Origin: Hyaloraphidium curvatum SAG 235-1
Lineage: Eukaryota > Fungi > Monoblepharomycota
Length of the DNA: 64,000 bases
Assembly: GCA_025558095.1 (NCBI GenBank)
Contig: JAIVFI010000025.1
Span: forward strand, 62,001-126,000
Reading direction: 5' to 3'
Part shown: positions 9,370 through 20,300 of the stretch, piece after piece
Layout: each line of letters begins with the position of its first letter
How positions within the stretch are numbered: the first letter of the stretch is position 1
Made by a program: the position numbers and the translations under genes
Notes under the pieces: generated by a model
Told to the model about the DNA's origin: nothing
What the model saw: only the letters and a program-made list of their open reading frames with translations
Databases searched by the model: none

Positions 9370-12357
9370 CTACTTCCCGTACTCCTCGATCACGCTCCTG
9401 CAGACGAACTTTCCCTCCGCGATCGGCCTGTACACCTCGTCCGGGTGCCCGAACGCCGGCGGCCCGACCACCTGGAGTGCCTCGTTCGTCTGCCACACCG
9501 GGCTGCAGAGCATGCCGAGCACCTTGACCCGCAGCCCGTAGCGCACCTCCTCCGTCGCCAGGCTCGACCCCGAGTCCGAGTCCATGATGACGATCAGGTC
9601 CGGCGCGGTGCAGACCGCGGCGCCGTTGAGCGAGGCGAGGATGTTCTCGTTCTGGATGTGCACGACCATCCGGTCCGAGACCGAGAAGCCGCCGTCCTCG
9701 GAGCCGGCGATGTGCACCTCCCCTCGCGCGAAGCCGGCCGTGGTGAACCTGCGCACCTCGACGATCTTGCCCGAAAAGAGCAGCTTTCCCGGGCACACCG
9801 AGAGCACCGCGGCTGCCACGTCGGCCTTGGCCGCACGGGCGCCGACTACCGCCCTCCCGACCCGCCAGGCGAGCGAGACCGAGTTCAAAACGCAGGTCCT
9901 GCGCACGTCCTTGCCCGTCATGGGGGCCGTCGCCAGCGCCGCCGTCGATCCCATCTCGATGCACGCAACGCGCATGAAGCGCTCCAGGTCCTTGAAGGTG
10001 CGCACGCTCGACATGGTCACCACGTTGCCGTTCTCGTCCGCCAGGCTGGTGGGCACGCACGGGATGCCGTAGACGAAGGGCGACCACATGTCGAGCTGCG
10101 GGAAGGCGCGGCCCATGCCGTCGGCGTCGACGACGAACCCGTCGGACTCGGCGGCGCACAGAAGGGGCACGATGCCGTTGCCGCCTCCGATCTCGGTGAC
10201 CATGATCTTGCGTCCCTGTCGGTCGACTCCAGTTAAGAAAGCTGAAAGCAGCAGCCTAGGTACGCGACAACGAACCTCCCTCTTGCTGTCCTTGGAAATG
10301 GCATCCAGCACGGCCACCGTCTCCAGCCCGTTCGACACCTTCTCCGCCGATGCCACCGGGCTGCCCATGAACCCGACATTGTACACGTACTCGTCCGCAC
10401 CCACCGCGCCCGCATCCACTACCCTGATTTGCTTCCCGCCCTTGAGCAAGTTGCGCGCCCGGACGGCGGCCTTGTATGGGCTTCCGCCGCCGCCGCAGCC
10501 GAGGAACCCGCAGCCCTCCTCGAGGAAGACGACGTCGGTCGGCGTTAGGTGCCACACGCCGTCCCGAATCAGGGGAACATATTTCGTGTCCGATGCGGGC
10601 AGCCCTGCGGCGGTCGGTGATTGAGCGGCAGGGGCAGAGGCTGGCCTTGGGGAAGGTTCCGGCGCGGCAGCGCCCGAAAGCACGGAAGCTTCCCCGGGCC
10701 GTCCGTTCGCATGTCCGTTAGCAGCCCCTGCTTTCGCGAGCCCGCCGTTGGCAGTTTTGCGGCCCGACTTTGCGCGCTCGCCGACGGCCTTGACCACGAT
10801 CCGCGTCGAGGTCGAGGGCAGGTACGCGAGCGGCACCGATTCCACCACGACCACCTCGACGGCATCCGGATCCGCCCCGGCGTCGACGCAGATCCTCGTC
10901 GCCTGCTTCTTCGCCTCGTCGAGCGCCTCCTGCTCGGACTTCTTGGTCAGATCCGCGACGACGTCCACGGCGCCGGCGACCTTGGCGATCGCCGCGCCGA
11001 CGGCGTTGGCGAAGCCCGCGTGGGGAGGCTTGACGGAGCGAGAGACCCCGCGCAGCGGGGATTCGGGCACGAGGATGGCGCCACCCCCGACGAGCAGGCA
11101 GGGGACGTCGTCGGGGGAGGTCTTGACACGGTCGATCTCGGTCTCGAGGATGGTGCGAATGCGGGCCGAGGCCCCGGCGACGGTGCTTGCCGCGAGGTCG
11201 GAGACGGCAGACGGGTCTCCGAGTGAGGCCAAGCCGGAGGCAACGGCGACGTCCGTGGTCGTCAGAACGTGGCCTCCAAATACCTTTGCCTTGGACGTGA
11301 TCTCATAGCCGACGCTATCCGGCCCGACCGAGACCTGGCCGCCCTCGAGAGCGCGCACGATGGAGCCGCCGCCGAGCGCGCATGAAACCACGTCGGAGCA
11401 GACAAAGTTGGACCGCACGCCGCCGATGGTGATGGTCGAGGCCGCCGGCCGCACCAGGCCGTTCTTCTCGATCACGCCAACGTCCGTCGTCGTGCCCCCG
11501 ATGTCGACGACGACGTAGCTCTCGCCGCCCTTTCCGGGCTCCGTCAGTCCGGCGAGGAATGCGGCGCCTCGCATCGAGTTTGTCGGCCCGCTCCTGATGC
11601 AGTTGATGGGTCGGGCCGCCGCGTCCGAGGCCGAGACGACGGTCCCGTCGTTCGTGGTGAGGAACAGCGGCGTGTTCGAGAGCCCGAGCGGCTTCATGGC
11701 ATCCATGATGGCCGATACTGTGCGTCGAGCGAGCGGTACGAGGGAGGCATTGAGGATCGTCGCGTTCTCGCGCTCCAGGAAGCCGATTTGGGGGGCAATG
11801 TCGCACGAAATCGTGACTTGGAGCGTCGGATTCGTCTCCAGGAGGATGTCACGGACCAGTTTCTCCTGGTCCGACCGGATCGTCGAGCAAACCCCGCAGA
11901 CCGCGACCGAGGTCTGGTTGGCAAGCAATGAAGCGATGCGTCGAATCTCGGACTGATCCACCTCGCGAATCGGCCTTCCGTCCACCTCGTAGCCCCCATC
12001 GGCATAAAAGACCTCGTCCGCAACGACTGCTGCGAGGTCCTCGGGCCAATCGGCAAACGGGGGCATCGAACGCGTCGCGGGGCCGCAGAGCCGAAGAACC
12101 ACCGTCCGCGTCAGCCTGCCGGAACGTTCGACCACGGCATTGAGGAATGCAGTCGTGCCGATGGACACGCTCTCGATGATTGCCGGGTCCGCAGAGGCGA
12201 GCACGCGCGAGATGGCCGCGCATAGACCCGAGAGCACGTCCGCGGACGTCGGCGCCTTGAAGGTCGCGAGCACGCGCGATTCCGCCGGCGCGGCCGCGTC
12301 GATGAGCACGGCATCGGTGTTGGTGCCGCCGACATCGACGCCGATGCGGAGCGACAT
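9370..12357 (-). CDS. Hydantoinase/oxoprolinase A fused to a DUF917 domain
   Basis: RIGVDVGGTNTDA, SGPTNSMRGA, VVDIGGTTTDVG, ALGGGS; C-terminal FLGCGGGG, EIGGGNG, VDADGMGRAFP, IQNEN, APDLI, EEVRYGLRV; one 60-nt in-frame intron 10275-10216. Confidence 0.9.
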   Translation of the reverse strand: MSLRIGVDVGGTNTDAVLIDAAAPAESRVLATFKAPTSADVLSGLCAAISRVLASADPAIIESVSIGTTAFLNAVVERSGRLTRTVVLRLCGPATRSMPPFADWPEDLAAVVADEVFYADGGYEVDGRPIREVDQSEIRRIASLLANQTSVAVCGVCSTIRSDQEKLVRDILLETNPTLQVTISCDIAPQIGFLERENATILNASLVPLARRTVSAIMDAMKPLGLSNTPLFLTTNDGTVVSASDAAARPINCIRSGPTNSMRGAAFLAGLTEPGKGGESYVVVDIGGTTTDVGVIEKNGLVRPAASTITIGGVRSNFVCSDVVSCALGGGSIVRALEGGQVSVGPDSVGYEITSKAKVFGGHVLTTTDVAVASGLASLGDPSAVSDLAASTVAGASARIRTILETEIDRVKTSPDDVPCLLVGGGAILVPESPLRGVSRSVKPPHAGFANAVGAAIAKVAGAVDVVADLTKKSEQEALDEAKKQATRICVDAGADPDAVEVVVVESVPLAYLPSTSTRIVVKAVGERAKSGRKTANGGLAKAGAANGHANGRPGEASVLSGAAAPEPSPRPASAPAAQSPTAAGLPASDTKYVPLIRDGVWHLTPTDVVFLEEGCGFLGCGGGGSPYKAAVRARNLLKGGKQIRVVDAGAVGADEYVYNVGFMGSPVASAEKVSNGLETVAVLDAISKDSKREVRCRVPRLLLSAFLTGVDRQGRKIMVTEIGGGNGIVPLLCAAESDGFVVDADGMGRAFPQLDMWSPFVYGIPCVPTSLADENGNVVTMSSVRTFKDLERFMRVACIEMGSTAALATAPMTGKDVRRTCVLNSVSLAWRVGRAVVGARAAKADVAAAVLSVCPGKLLFSGKIVEVRRFTTAGFARGEVHIAGSEDGGFSVSDRMVVHIQNENILASLNGAAVCTAPDLIVIMDSDSGSSLATEEVRYGLRVKVLGMLCSPVWQTNEALQVVGPPAFGHPDEVYRPIAEGKFVCRSVIEEYGK

Positions 12358-12480
12358 GGTGATGGTCTGGGAGACGTTGTCGCGATCGATCCGTTGCTCG
12401 CGCGAAGACCTTCCTCTGCCTGTCTCCCTTTGCCCCCGTCTCCCAAATCCAGCTAGCTTCGCAACGAGCGCCTGTGAAAA

Positions 12481-13668
12481 ATGTCGCATTCGCCGCCGCG
12501 CAACCCGTCCATTCTGCTCACTGGCGCCACGGGCTTCGTCGGGGGCGCGGTGCTCCATCAACTCTTGACGTCGACCGCTCCGACGCTCCAGAACGCGACC
12601 ATTACGTGCCTTTTGCGCGGAGAAGAACGCGCCGCACAGCTGGCGGACGAGTACAAAAGCGACCGCTTGCGCGCAGTTGTCTATGCCGGCGTGGACGACC
12701 TCGAAGCGGCGGAGGAACTCGCGTCGCAGAGTGACGTCGTCGTCAACGCTGGCGTCGGATACCACCTCCCGTCAGCCGTCGCATTGCTCCGCGGCCTCGC
12801 ACGGAGGAAGCAGGCGCTCGCGGAGGGAGGCGACTCCACGACAAGCGTGTACATGCTGCACACGAGCGGCACGTCGAACCTCGCGGACTTGCGCATCTCG
12901 AAACGCTGGGTGGACCCCGAGCACCCCGACGGGAGGATCTTTGACGATGAGAAGGACGACATCTATGCATACGAGAAGATGAGGAACGCGGACAAGGAGT
13001 ACATTCAGCGGACTGCTGAACTGGGCGTCATCGACGCCGGATCGGAGCTCGGCGTGCCCACGGTACGTCCACTGGAGGCCACATGCACTCTGGCAACCCG
13101 CTAATCACCGATCCGTTAGCTCGTTATCATGCCGCCGACCATTTTTGGCCTCAGCTCCGGCCTCTTCACCAAAGTCAGCATCCAGATCCCCGCCTTCTTC
13201 TTTGGCGCCCTCACTTACGGCCGCTCCATCGTGGTTGGCGACGGCAAGGGCGTCAACGGTCGCGTGCACGTTGCGGATCTCGCCGAGCTGTACGAGCTCG
13301 CCGTGCTCGACATGCTGTGCGGCGGGACGAAGCTCCCCAAGGGACGGAAGGCCATCATTTTCGCCGGCAACGGCGAATTCAGCTGGCTCGAGGCCGCAGA
13401 GCGCGTCGGGCAGGCTTGCTTCGAAGCCGGCAAGATCAGCGACGCCACCGTGGAGTCCGTCTCTCTCCGCGAAGCGACCGAGATCTGGGGTTCGTCCTAC
13501 CGCGCGGAGGCAACCGAGGACATGGTCGAGACGGGCATGACGGGCAATTCTCGGACCGTCGCGAGCGTGGCCAGGAACAAGCTCGGTTGGAAGCCGTCGC
13601 GCGGGGACGAGGCTTGGCTCAAAGGATTCGCGGACGACCTGTCGATCGTGCTGCAGGGAACCCGTTGA
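12481..13668 (+). CDS. NAD(P)-dependent epimerase/dehydratase (extended SDR, NmrA-like)
   Basis: ILLTGATGFVGG, HTSGTS, PPTIFG, VHVADLAELY, LGWKP; one intron at about 13063-13119. Confidence 0.85.
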
Positions 13669-13712
13669 TAAATGGTTGTTTCTCTTCTTCGACATCCGCT
13701 TGATACAGTTGC

Positions 13713-15687
13713 CTAAGCCTTGCCATGAGGCACCAGCTTGACGCGTACGCCGGCGGGAATGAGCATCCCCGCCTGGTCAATGTCCAGCTGCCAGTCGTCC
13801 CCGGGAACGATCTTGTATGCGCGGACGAGCTCCGCAATGACGAGCCGCCCTTCGTTCAGGGCCAAGCGCTCGCCGAGGCACCTCCTGGGGCCGCCGCCGA
13901 ACGGGACCCAGCTGGCCGTCTCGTGTGAGGCAAGGAAGACCAAACAGCGAGGGCAGGAGCTCACCTGAACATGTGCGTCGACCCGCCATTGGGATCCTCC
14001 ATCCAGCGCTGGGGATCGAAGCTCTCGGGGTTCTTGGGCCAGTTCTCTGCGGAAGACAAGTCAGTGCAGAATTGAACGCGACGGTGCAGCCGTAGCTCAC
14101 CGGGGTGATGGTTGGTGATGTAGACGGACGGAAGGATGAGGTCGCCTTCCTTGAAGTGGACGGTCTTGGTCTGGCCGGTCTTGCGATCCGTCCACTTGAA
14201 GTCAAAGTCGTGCAGCGCGGTCCGCTGGCCTCCGTCTGTGTTGGAATGGATTAGCATCGGGTGCACGACAGTGCCGTTCTCGTCCTGCTTACGGGGCGCG
14301 GCAGGGTAAAGCCGGAGGGTCTCCTTCATCACCTGAAACAAAGGATCAGCTTCGGACATTGAGCAAGCGCTCGACCGAGACGCACAGCATTGAGGGCTTT
14401 GCACGACTCAAGCTTCTCGAGTGACGTCTCGCCGTCGCCGAAAGCCTCGACAACTTCGTCGCGGATGGCCTTCTGCCACTCGGGCCGGGTGGCAAGCTCG
14501 CCGACCATGAAGCTGAGCATCGACGCCGTCGTGTCGTGCCCAGCGAACCTGGAAGGAGAGGACGTTAGACGATTCGAACGCGCTATGTGCGAAGCGATAG
14601 GGCCTCACAGGAAAGTCATGAGCTGCTTCAAGAGCTCCTTGTTGTTGTTCTCCAGCATCCAATCCGGCACGCCCTTGGCCATGGCGTCGTCAAAGATCGA
14701 GAACCGATCGAGGTCCTCGCCCCGCTTGCGCCGTTCGATGTTCCGGAGCACGATCCCATTGATCAGGTCCGCAGCAGCTTGCGCCTTTTGCGGCATGCCC
14801 GTCAGGGGGACTGCCCACTTGCCGATGGACCGTTCGACGAGGATGCTGAGGCCCACGAACTGCAGGAGGTTCTCCCAGGCCTCGACGTAGCGCAGGTTAT
14901 CGCCTCCGCGCTGGGTGTAGAGATCCTCGCCAAAGGCCAGGCGGGCAATCGTGTCGAACGTCTGAAAGAACGTCAATGGCGTCGAGCGAAAGACGAGAGC
15001 CGCACCCACGTAGCAGGTAAATGAGCGCTGGATGTTGAATGCCAGTCCCGAGCGCGCCTTCTTCCCGATTTCCTCCATGAAGACGTCCAAGTTTTTGCGA
15101 AGGATCGGATAGTACTTTACGTCGGGCAGTGAGCGTGACACCATCGGTGGGCATCCCGGCGGGAACCCACGGTTCGGACCGTCGTGTTGGTGAATGTTCT
15201 GCCAAAGAGGTCCCGAGCCTCCTTCCACTTGTCGCCGTTCGGGATAAGAATCAAACCCCCGGCAAAGAGCTGCGCCAGATCCAGCGTGCGGTGCGCCCGG
15301 TCAAAGTCCTGCCACTGCCTGCCCAAATAGATCTCCCGCATGACCTCCGGGTCGCTGACGATGATCATCCGTTCCGACGGTGCAAAGTAGTTGACGAACC
15401 GCACGACCTGGCCCTGGAGAAGACGCTCGCCTTAGCATCGACAATCCCGCCGGCCCAGGTCGCCCGAAACGCACATGCTTCACGAGGTACTCGAGCTCAT
15501 TCCGGATGTTCTTCTTGAGCCGCGTCGGGTCGGGCCAGTGCCAGAACGGGATGTAGCCGACGGTCTTTGCGTCGTCGTTGTAGCAGTCGATGTAGGTCCT
15601 CCGGTAGAGCTCAAAGACCAGGAAGGCGACCGCCGCGACGAGCCAGGTCGTCGGGTTCGCGGCGAGCGCGAGGAGCGTGCCCAGCAT
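13713..15687 (-). CDS. Cytochrome P450, multi-exon
   Basis: N-terminal TM anchor, FAGHDTT (I helix), ETLRLYP (ExxR), FDPQRW, PFGGGPRRCLG heme-binding motif. Confidence 0.93.
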
Positions 15688-16292
15688 CGCGGCCGCGGCG
15701 GGAATGCGAGAGAGGGGGGCAAAAAGCGAGGTGCCCGGGGAAACAGGCGCCAAGAGGATGGTGCGGGTGCGGGGCTCTGAAGTGGAAGATCCCGACGCAA
15801 CGTCTCCCGCGCACCGCGGACTCACTGCAGCGCGGACTCGGCCACTGGCCACCTGGTGGCAAATCAAACATCACGGACGCAACTCAGAAAGCGCGGCTGC
15901 TTCCAATAGAGTAGGTGCAGGGTATACGAATCACCGATATCTTGATGCCCGGATGGATGGGGCATGATTTGCGGGAGCACGACAGACCAAGCAGGTACCA
16001 ACGAGCAACAGACACGGCTCCCAAGGCACAGGGCCTGACGCAGGTTGCAGCAGATGCTTCTGAACCAAACCATTCTGTTGGTTGCGGTCCGCCGAATGGC
16101 TGGATAGGATTGGAGATGGACGGCTCAATCGTCAGCACCTACAAGGCGACGGTTCCGCACGGCTCTCGGCCGCAGCGGACCCCCACAAGTCCACATCCAT
16201 CCTCTCCCGCCTCCGGCGACCGTCCTCGGGGCCCGCTTTCCCCTCTCATTGCAGCAGCCGGCGACCGTCGCTCGCGGCCCCCCCCCGCCGCG

Positions 16293-17129
16293 ATGTCGAC
16301 GGTCCGCGTCCCCGGGCCGCCGCCCTTCCAGGGCCCGCCCTTCGACGCCTCGCAGGACCCGAACGCGACCATGATCCTGTGCCACGGCATCTTCATGTTC
16401 ATCGCGCTCGCCATCGCCATGCCCACGGGAGCGTTCTTTGCGCGGTACTACCACGGCACGGAGCTGTTCCAGGCGCACTACTGGATCCAGACGTTCGGCA
16501 CCGTGCTGCTGTCCCTCATCGGGTTCATCCTGGCGCTGCTGTACCACAACGCCAGCCTGGTGCCCAGCTTCACGACGCCGCACTCCATATTCGGGCTGTT
16601 CATGCTGTTCTGGCTCGTGCTCCAGCAGATTGGCGGCGCGGCGCTCTACTACTTCTTCGACGAGATGAAGAGGTCGGACCGCCAGGGGAAGGGGGTGTGG
16701 TACTGGGCCCACGCCATGAGCGGGTTTCTCTGCATGCTGGGGTGTATCGCCAGCATCGGGTTGGGCATCTGGAACTACGGCCAGTGGTGGGCGGCACCGA
16801 TTCGCCGCTCGGGGCCCCTCTGACCTTGCTCCCGGTCCAGGTACGGCGTCGACACGCAGCTCATCTGGATCCTCATCGGCTCCATGACGGCGTGGTTCGT
16901 CCTGTTCACCGGCCTGCTCGCCGTCACGGGCGAGTACTGCGTCCCGCCGGCGACGACCAAGTTCGCCGGCCTGACGCCCGAGGAGGAGAACTTCCGCCCC
17001 GCCAACGCGGCGCCGAACGGGAGCTTCGGATACAACGATTTGGACGCCCAGATTGAGCGGGACAGGCGGGCGCAGATGGAGATGATGTCCATGAGTCAGC
17101 AGCCGTTGATGCAACCTGGACGGTATTAG
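16293..17129 (+). CDS. Cytochrome b561 / ferric-reductase-like transmembrane protein
   Basis: Four heme-ligand His in TM context: HGIFMFIA..PTGAFFARY, HYWIQ, HSIFGL, HAMSG; one intron at about 16785-16840. Confidence 0.8.
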
Positions 17130-17361
17130 TAGGAAGGTATCCATCTGGATGTAATGAGCTTTATTGATGTTCTTTATCGCCGAAAGATGTCCAGGCGGGG
17201 TGCGGACGGCGAATGAGGTGCTGGATCTGACGGCCCTGGTTTCCCCTCGAAGCCCGACCTTCGGCTCGGCCCGTCGGTCTCGCGATGAAGACGCGAAAAG
17301 GATCTCCGAACTCTGCTCCAGAAGTGCCCTAGCACCGCAGTCTATACCTGCCCCCCGCGCC

Positions 17362-20300
17362 ATGTCGCGTGGATCCGCGCCGCTGACGTTCTCGTCGCCG
17401 CCGCCGTCGCCCGCCGCGCGCTGGCTGCTCGAGGCGCTGTACCGGACGCACCCGCGCGTGTGGCGGCTGGCGGCGGAGAACGACGACCTCTGGCTCGCCG
17501 TGCCGAACCTGAATGGCGGGCGCGGCGACGCGTCGGACTCGGACGACGACGACGAGCCCGGGCGCGGCCATGTTCCCGGCAGCGTGCCCGACGAGCAATG
17601 GTTCCTGTCGCACGCGTTGAGGCCTTTGGGCTGGGAGAATCCGAGGTCGGGAGCGGGGAGCGGGCCGCGGGAGCGGGAAACGCCGTCTGGGGAATCCGTC
17701 ATGAGGCTCGTGACGCTCACGGAGCAGCCGGCCGTGATCCGGCAGTCTTCTCTCCACTTCACTTCGCCCGGAAGGAAGAGAAAAAGGCGCAGGATCGTGG
17801 GAGACGCGATTGCCTGGGACACCGAGGGCCGTGGAGTGCGGCTGCTCTGGCTCAACAGGCCCCTGGTGGCGGTATCGGACCCAGAGGGCGGCTCGGCTCA
17901 GCCGTCGCGGCATGCTTCGCGTTCGTCGACCCCGCTGCTGGCCACGCCGTCTCTTTCGCGCTCCTCGACGAGCACGTCGCTTTCGGGCACCGTCCCCGGA
18001 TCGGCATCGCCCTCTCCGACCCCACGTCGCCCCGTTCGCTCGCGTGACTGGACTCCTCCTCTCCACTCCATGCTTTCACGCCTGCGCGTTGCCGCGCTCT
18101 CGCAGCCCGCGGCTCCGGACCGTCGTCGGCCGCCCTCGGCAGACCAAGCGCTGGAACGGCTGACGGCCATGACGTCTCACCTGAGCTCGGCTGCCCTGTC
18201 GAGCCCCGGCATGAGCATGGAACGTCTGCAGAGCAACCTTCGCAACACGCTCAACACCATCGACGAGCTCCTCGTCCGAACATATGGCCGCGCCGCCCTG
18301 GACGCCTGCCAGGATCTCTCTGCCTGGCCATCGGACCCGCAGCACCTGGCCGAGATCTGGGCACAGGCCGAGATCTACGACGTCGTGTTCTGGCGTGTGA
18401 GCAAGGACTCGGCGTCTCGCGACGCGGCTGTGGAACGCGTGCGCCGCGGCCTCGAGGGCCTCGACCTGGGCAGCATCGGCCTTCTGCCCCCGGGCACCTC
18501 TTCGGAAACGGAGCGCCTCCTGGCGCGGAACCTCCGCCGCGGATCCCGCGCCCTCCGCTCCGTAGGCTCCCTCCGCACACCGCAGGAAAAGTCGCGCTGC
18601 ATCGCCCGGGCCGTGCGCGCACTCATGCGGCCCGTGGCCTCGGCGGCGCTGACGACCGACCACCTGCTCCCCCTCCTGGTGCTCGCCGTTGTGCGCGCCG
18701 GGGTGCCGGACCTGGCGACCAATGCGCGGTACATGGAGCTCGCCGCGTGGGCAGGCGAGGACGCCGGGGAGGACGAGGACGACGGCGAGGAGCGTTTCGC
18801 TGCGGGGGAGCTGGCGTTCACCATGTCGACGTTCGAGGCGGTGCTGTCGCTCCTCGTATCTGCGGGGGAGGACAAGGGAGCGGAGCCGGACAAGGAGCCC
18901 GACAGGACGGAGCCGGTGGCACATGTTTCTTCTGACGGGAACCAGCTGTCGCCGGTTTCGGCCGAAGGACCGGACGCGTCCCCGTCAACCCAGCTCCCGC
19001 CCTCGCCACGATCCTCCCTCCGCTCCGCATTTGCCGGCGGCATCTCGCCCATGAACGAGTGGCTTTCCAAGGCCGAACGCCTGCGCTTCGTTCGCCAGGC
19101 TGTCGCTGCTGGAGATGCGGACGGCCTTTCGGAGCTCCTGTCCGCCGTTCCGTGGCTCATGAAGGCCAAGGACGAGGACGGGAACACGCTGCTGCACTTG
19201 GCCGTGTTGGCGGGGAGGGAGGACAACGTCAAGGTCCTCCTCGGCCTGGGCATGGACGTCGGGGGCACGAACTACGACCAGCAGACCGCCCTGCATTTCG
19301 CGGTCGAAGCACGGGGAGGCTCATCGGACGCCATTCTGCGGTCGTTGTTGGACGCCGTGCTCAGCTTGCCCCGGGACGAACCCATCAAGGTGCTGAACGC
19401 AGCGTCGGACGACGGCAGCACCGTCCTGCACCTTGTCTGCGCCTCGGATCAGACTTCCTGTGTCGAGCTTCTATGCGATCTCGTGGACTCCGAGGGCCCG
19501 CTTGTCGACGTCAACGTCCAGGACCTCGCGGGCTCCACGGCCCTGCACCTTGCTACGGAATCGTATGGGCCGCTCCTCGCCCGCTCCGACCTGGACCTGA
19601 ACCTGATCGACGCCTCGGGCCTGACGCCGGTCATCTCCCACGCGCGTGCCGGCAACCTGGCCGCCGTAACCGCGCTCGTGGCCGACTCGCGGACGGATCT
19701 CGGTGCCCGCGACGGCGGAGGCAGAGGGCTGGCTCATCTGGCCGCTTACTGGGCAGGCCACGACGACGTGGCGGAGGGTTGGATTGGCGTGGTGCAGGAT
19801 CTACTTTCGAAGGGGCTGGACCCGAACGTGCAGACCATCAGGGGCAACGGCGTGCTGCATGCCGCCGCCGACAGCGGGAGGGTGGAGCTCGTTGGTTTCC
19901 GCAGCTCTTTTCGACAACCGTTCTTGCTGACGCCGGTCATTGCAGATCTCGATGCTCCTCGAGGGCGGAAAAGCCAATCCCATGCTCCTGAACATCCAAG
20001 GCCGGGTTCCGGCCGACCTGGCCCGGACCCAGGAGATCCGCACGCTCCTGCAGTCGTACGCCGCGCTCGTCTGGGATCCCGTCGTGGAGTTTCGGCCGGC
20101 GTTTCCCGGTGGCGAGGAGCGGGCGGTGCGGGTCGTCGCGACCGAGTGGAGGAAGGGAAAGAGGGACGAGGAGGTCGTGTTCGTGCTCGTTTTCGGTGCG
20201 GTCGGGGACATGAAGGACTGCACCTACGTGCGGAGGTCTCTTGACGGTGGGATCGCGTCCTTTCGGACGGTCCATGTGCTGACCTCCTGGCTGCAGACTT

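Noticed and set aside
12358-12765. N-terminal extension of the 1131-aa hydantoinase ORF
   Set aside because: Overlaps the antisense epimerase gene; family homology begins at MSLRIGVDVGG (12357)
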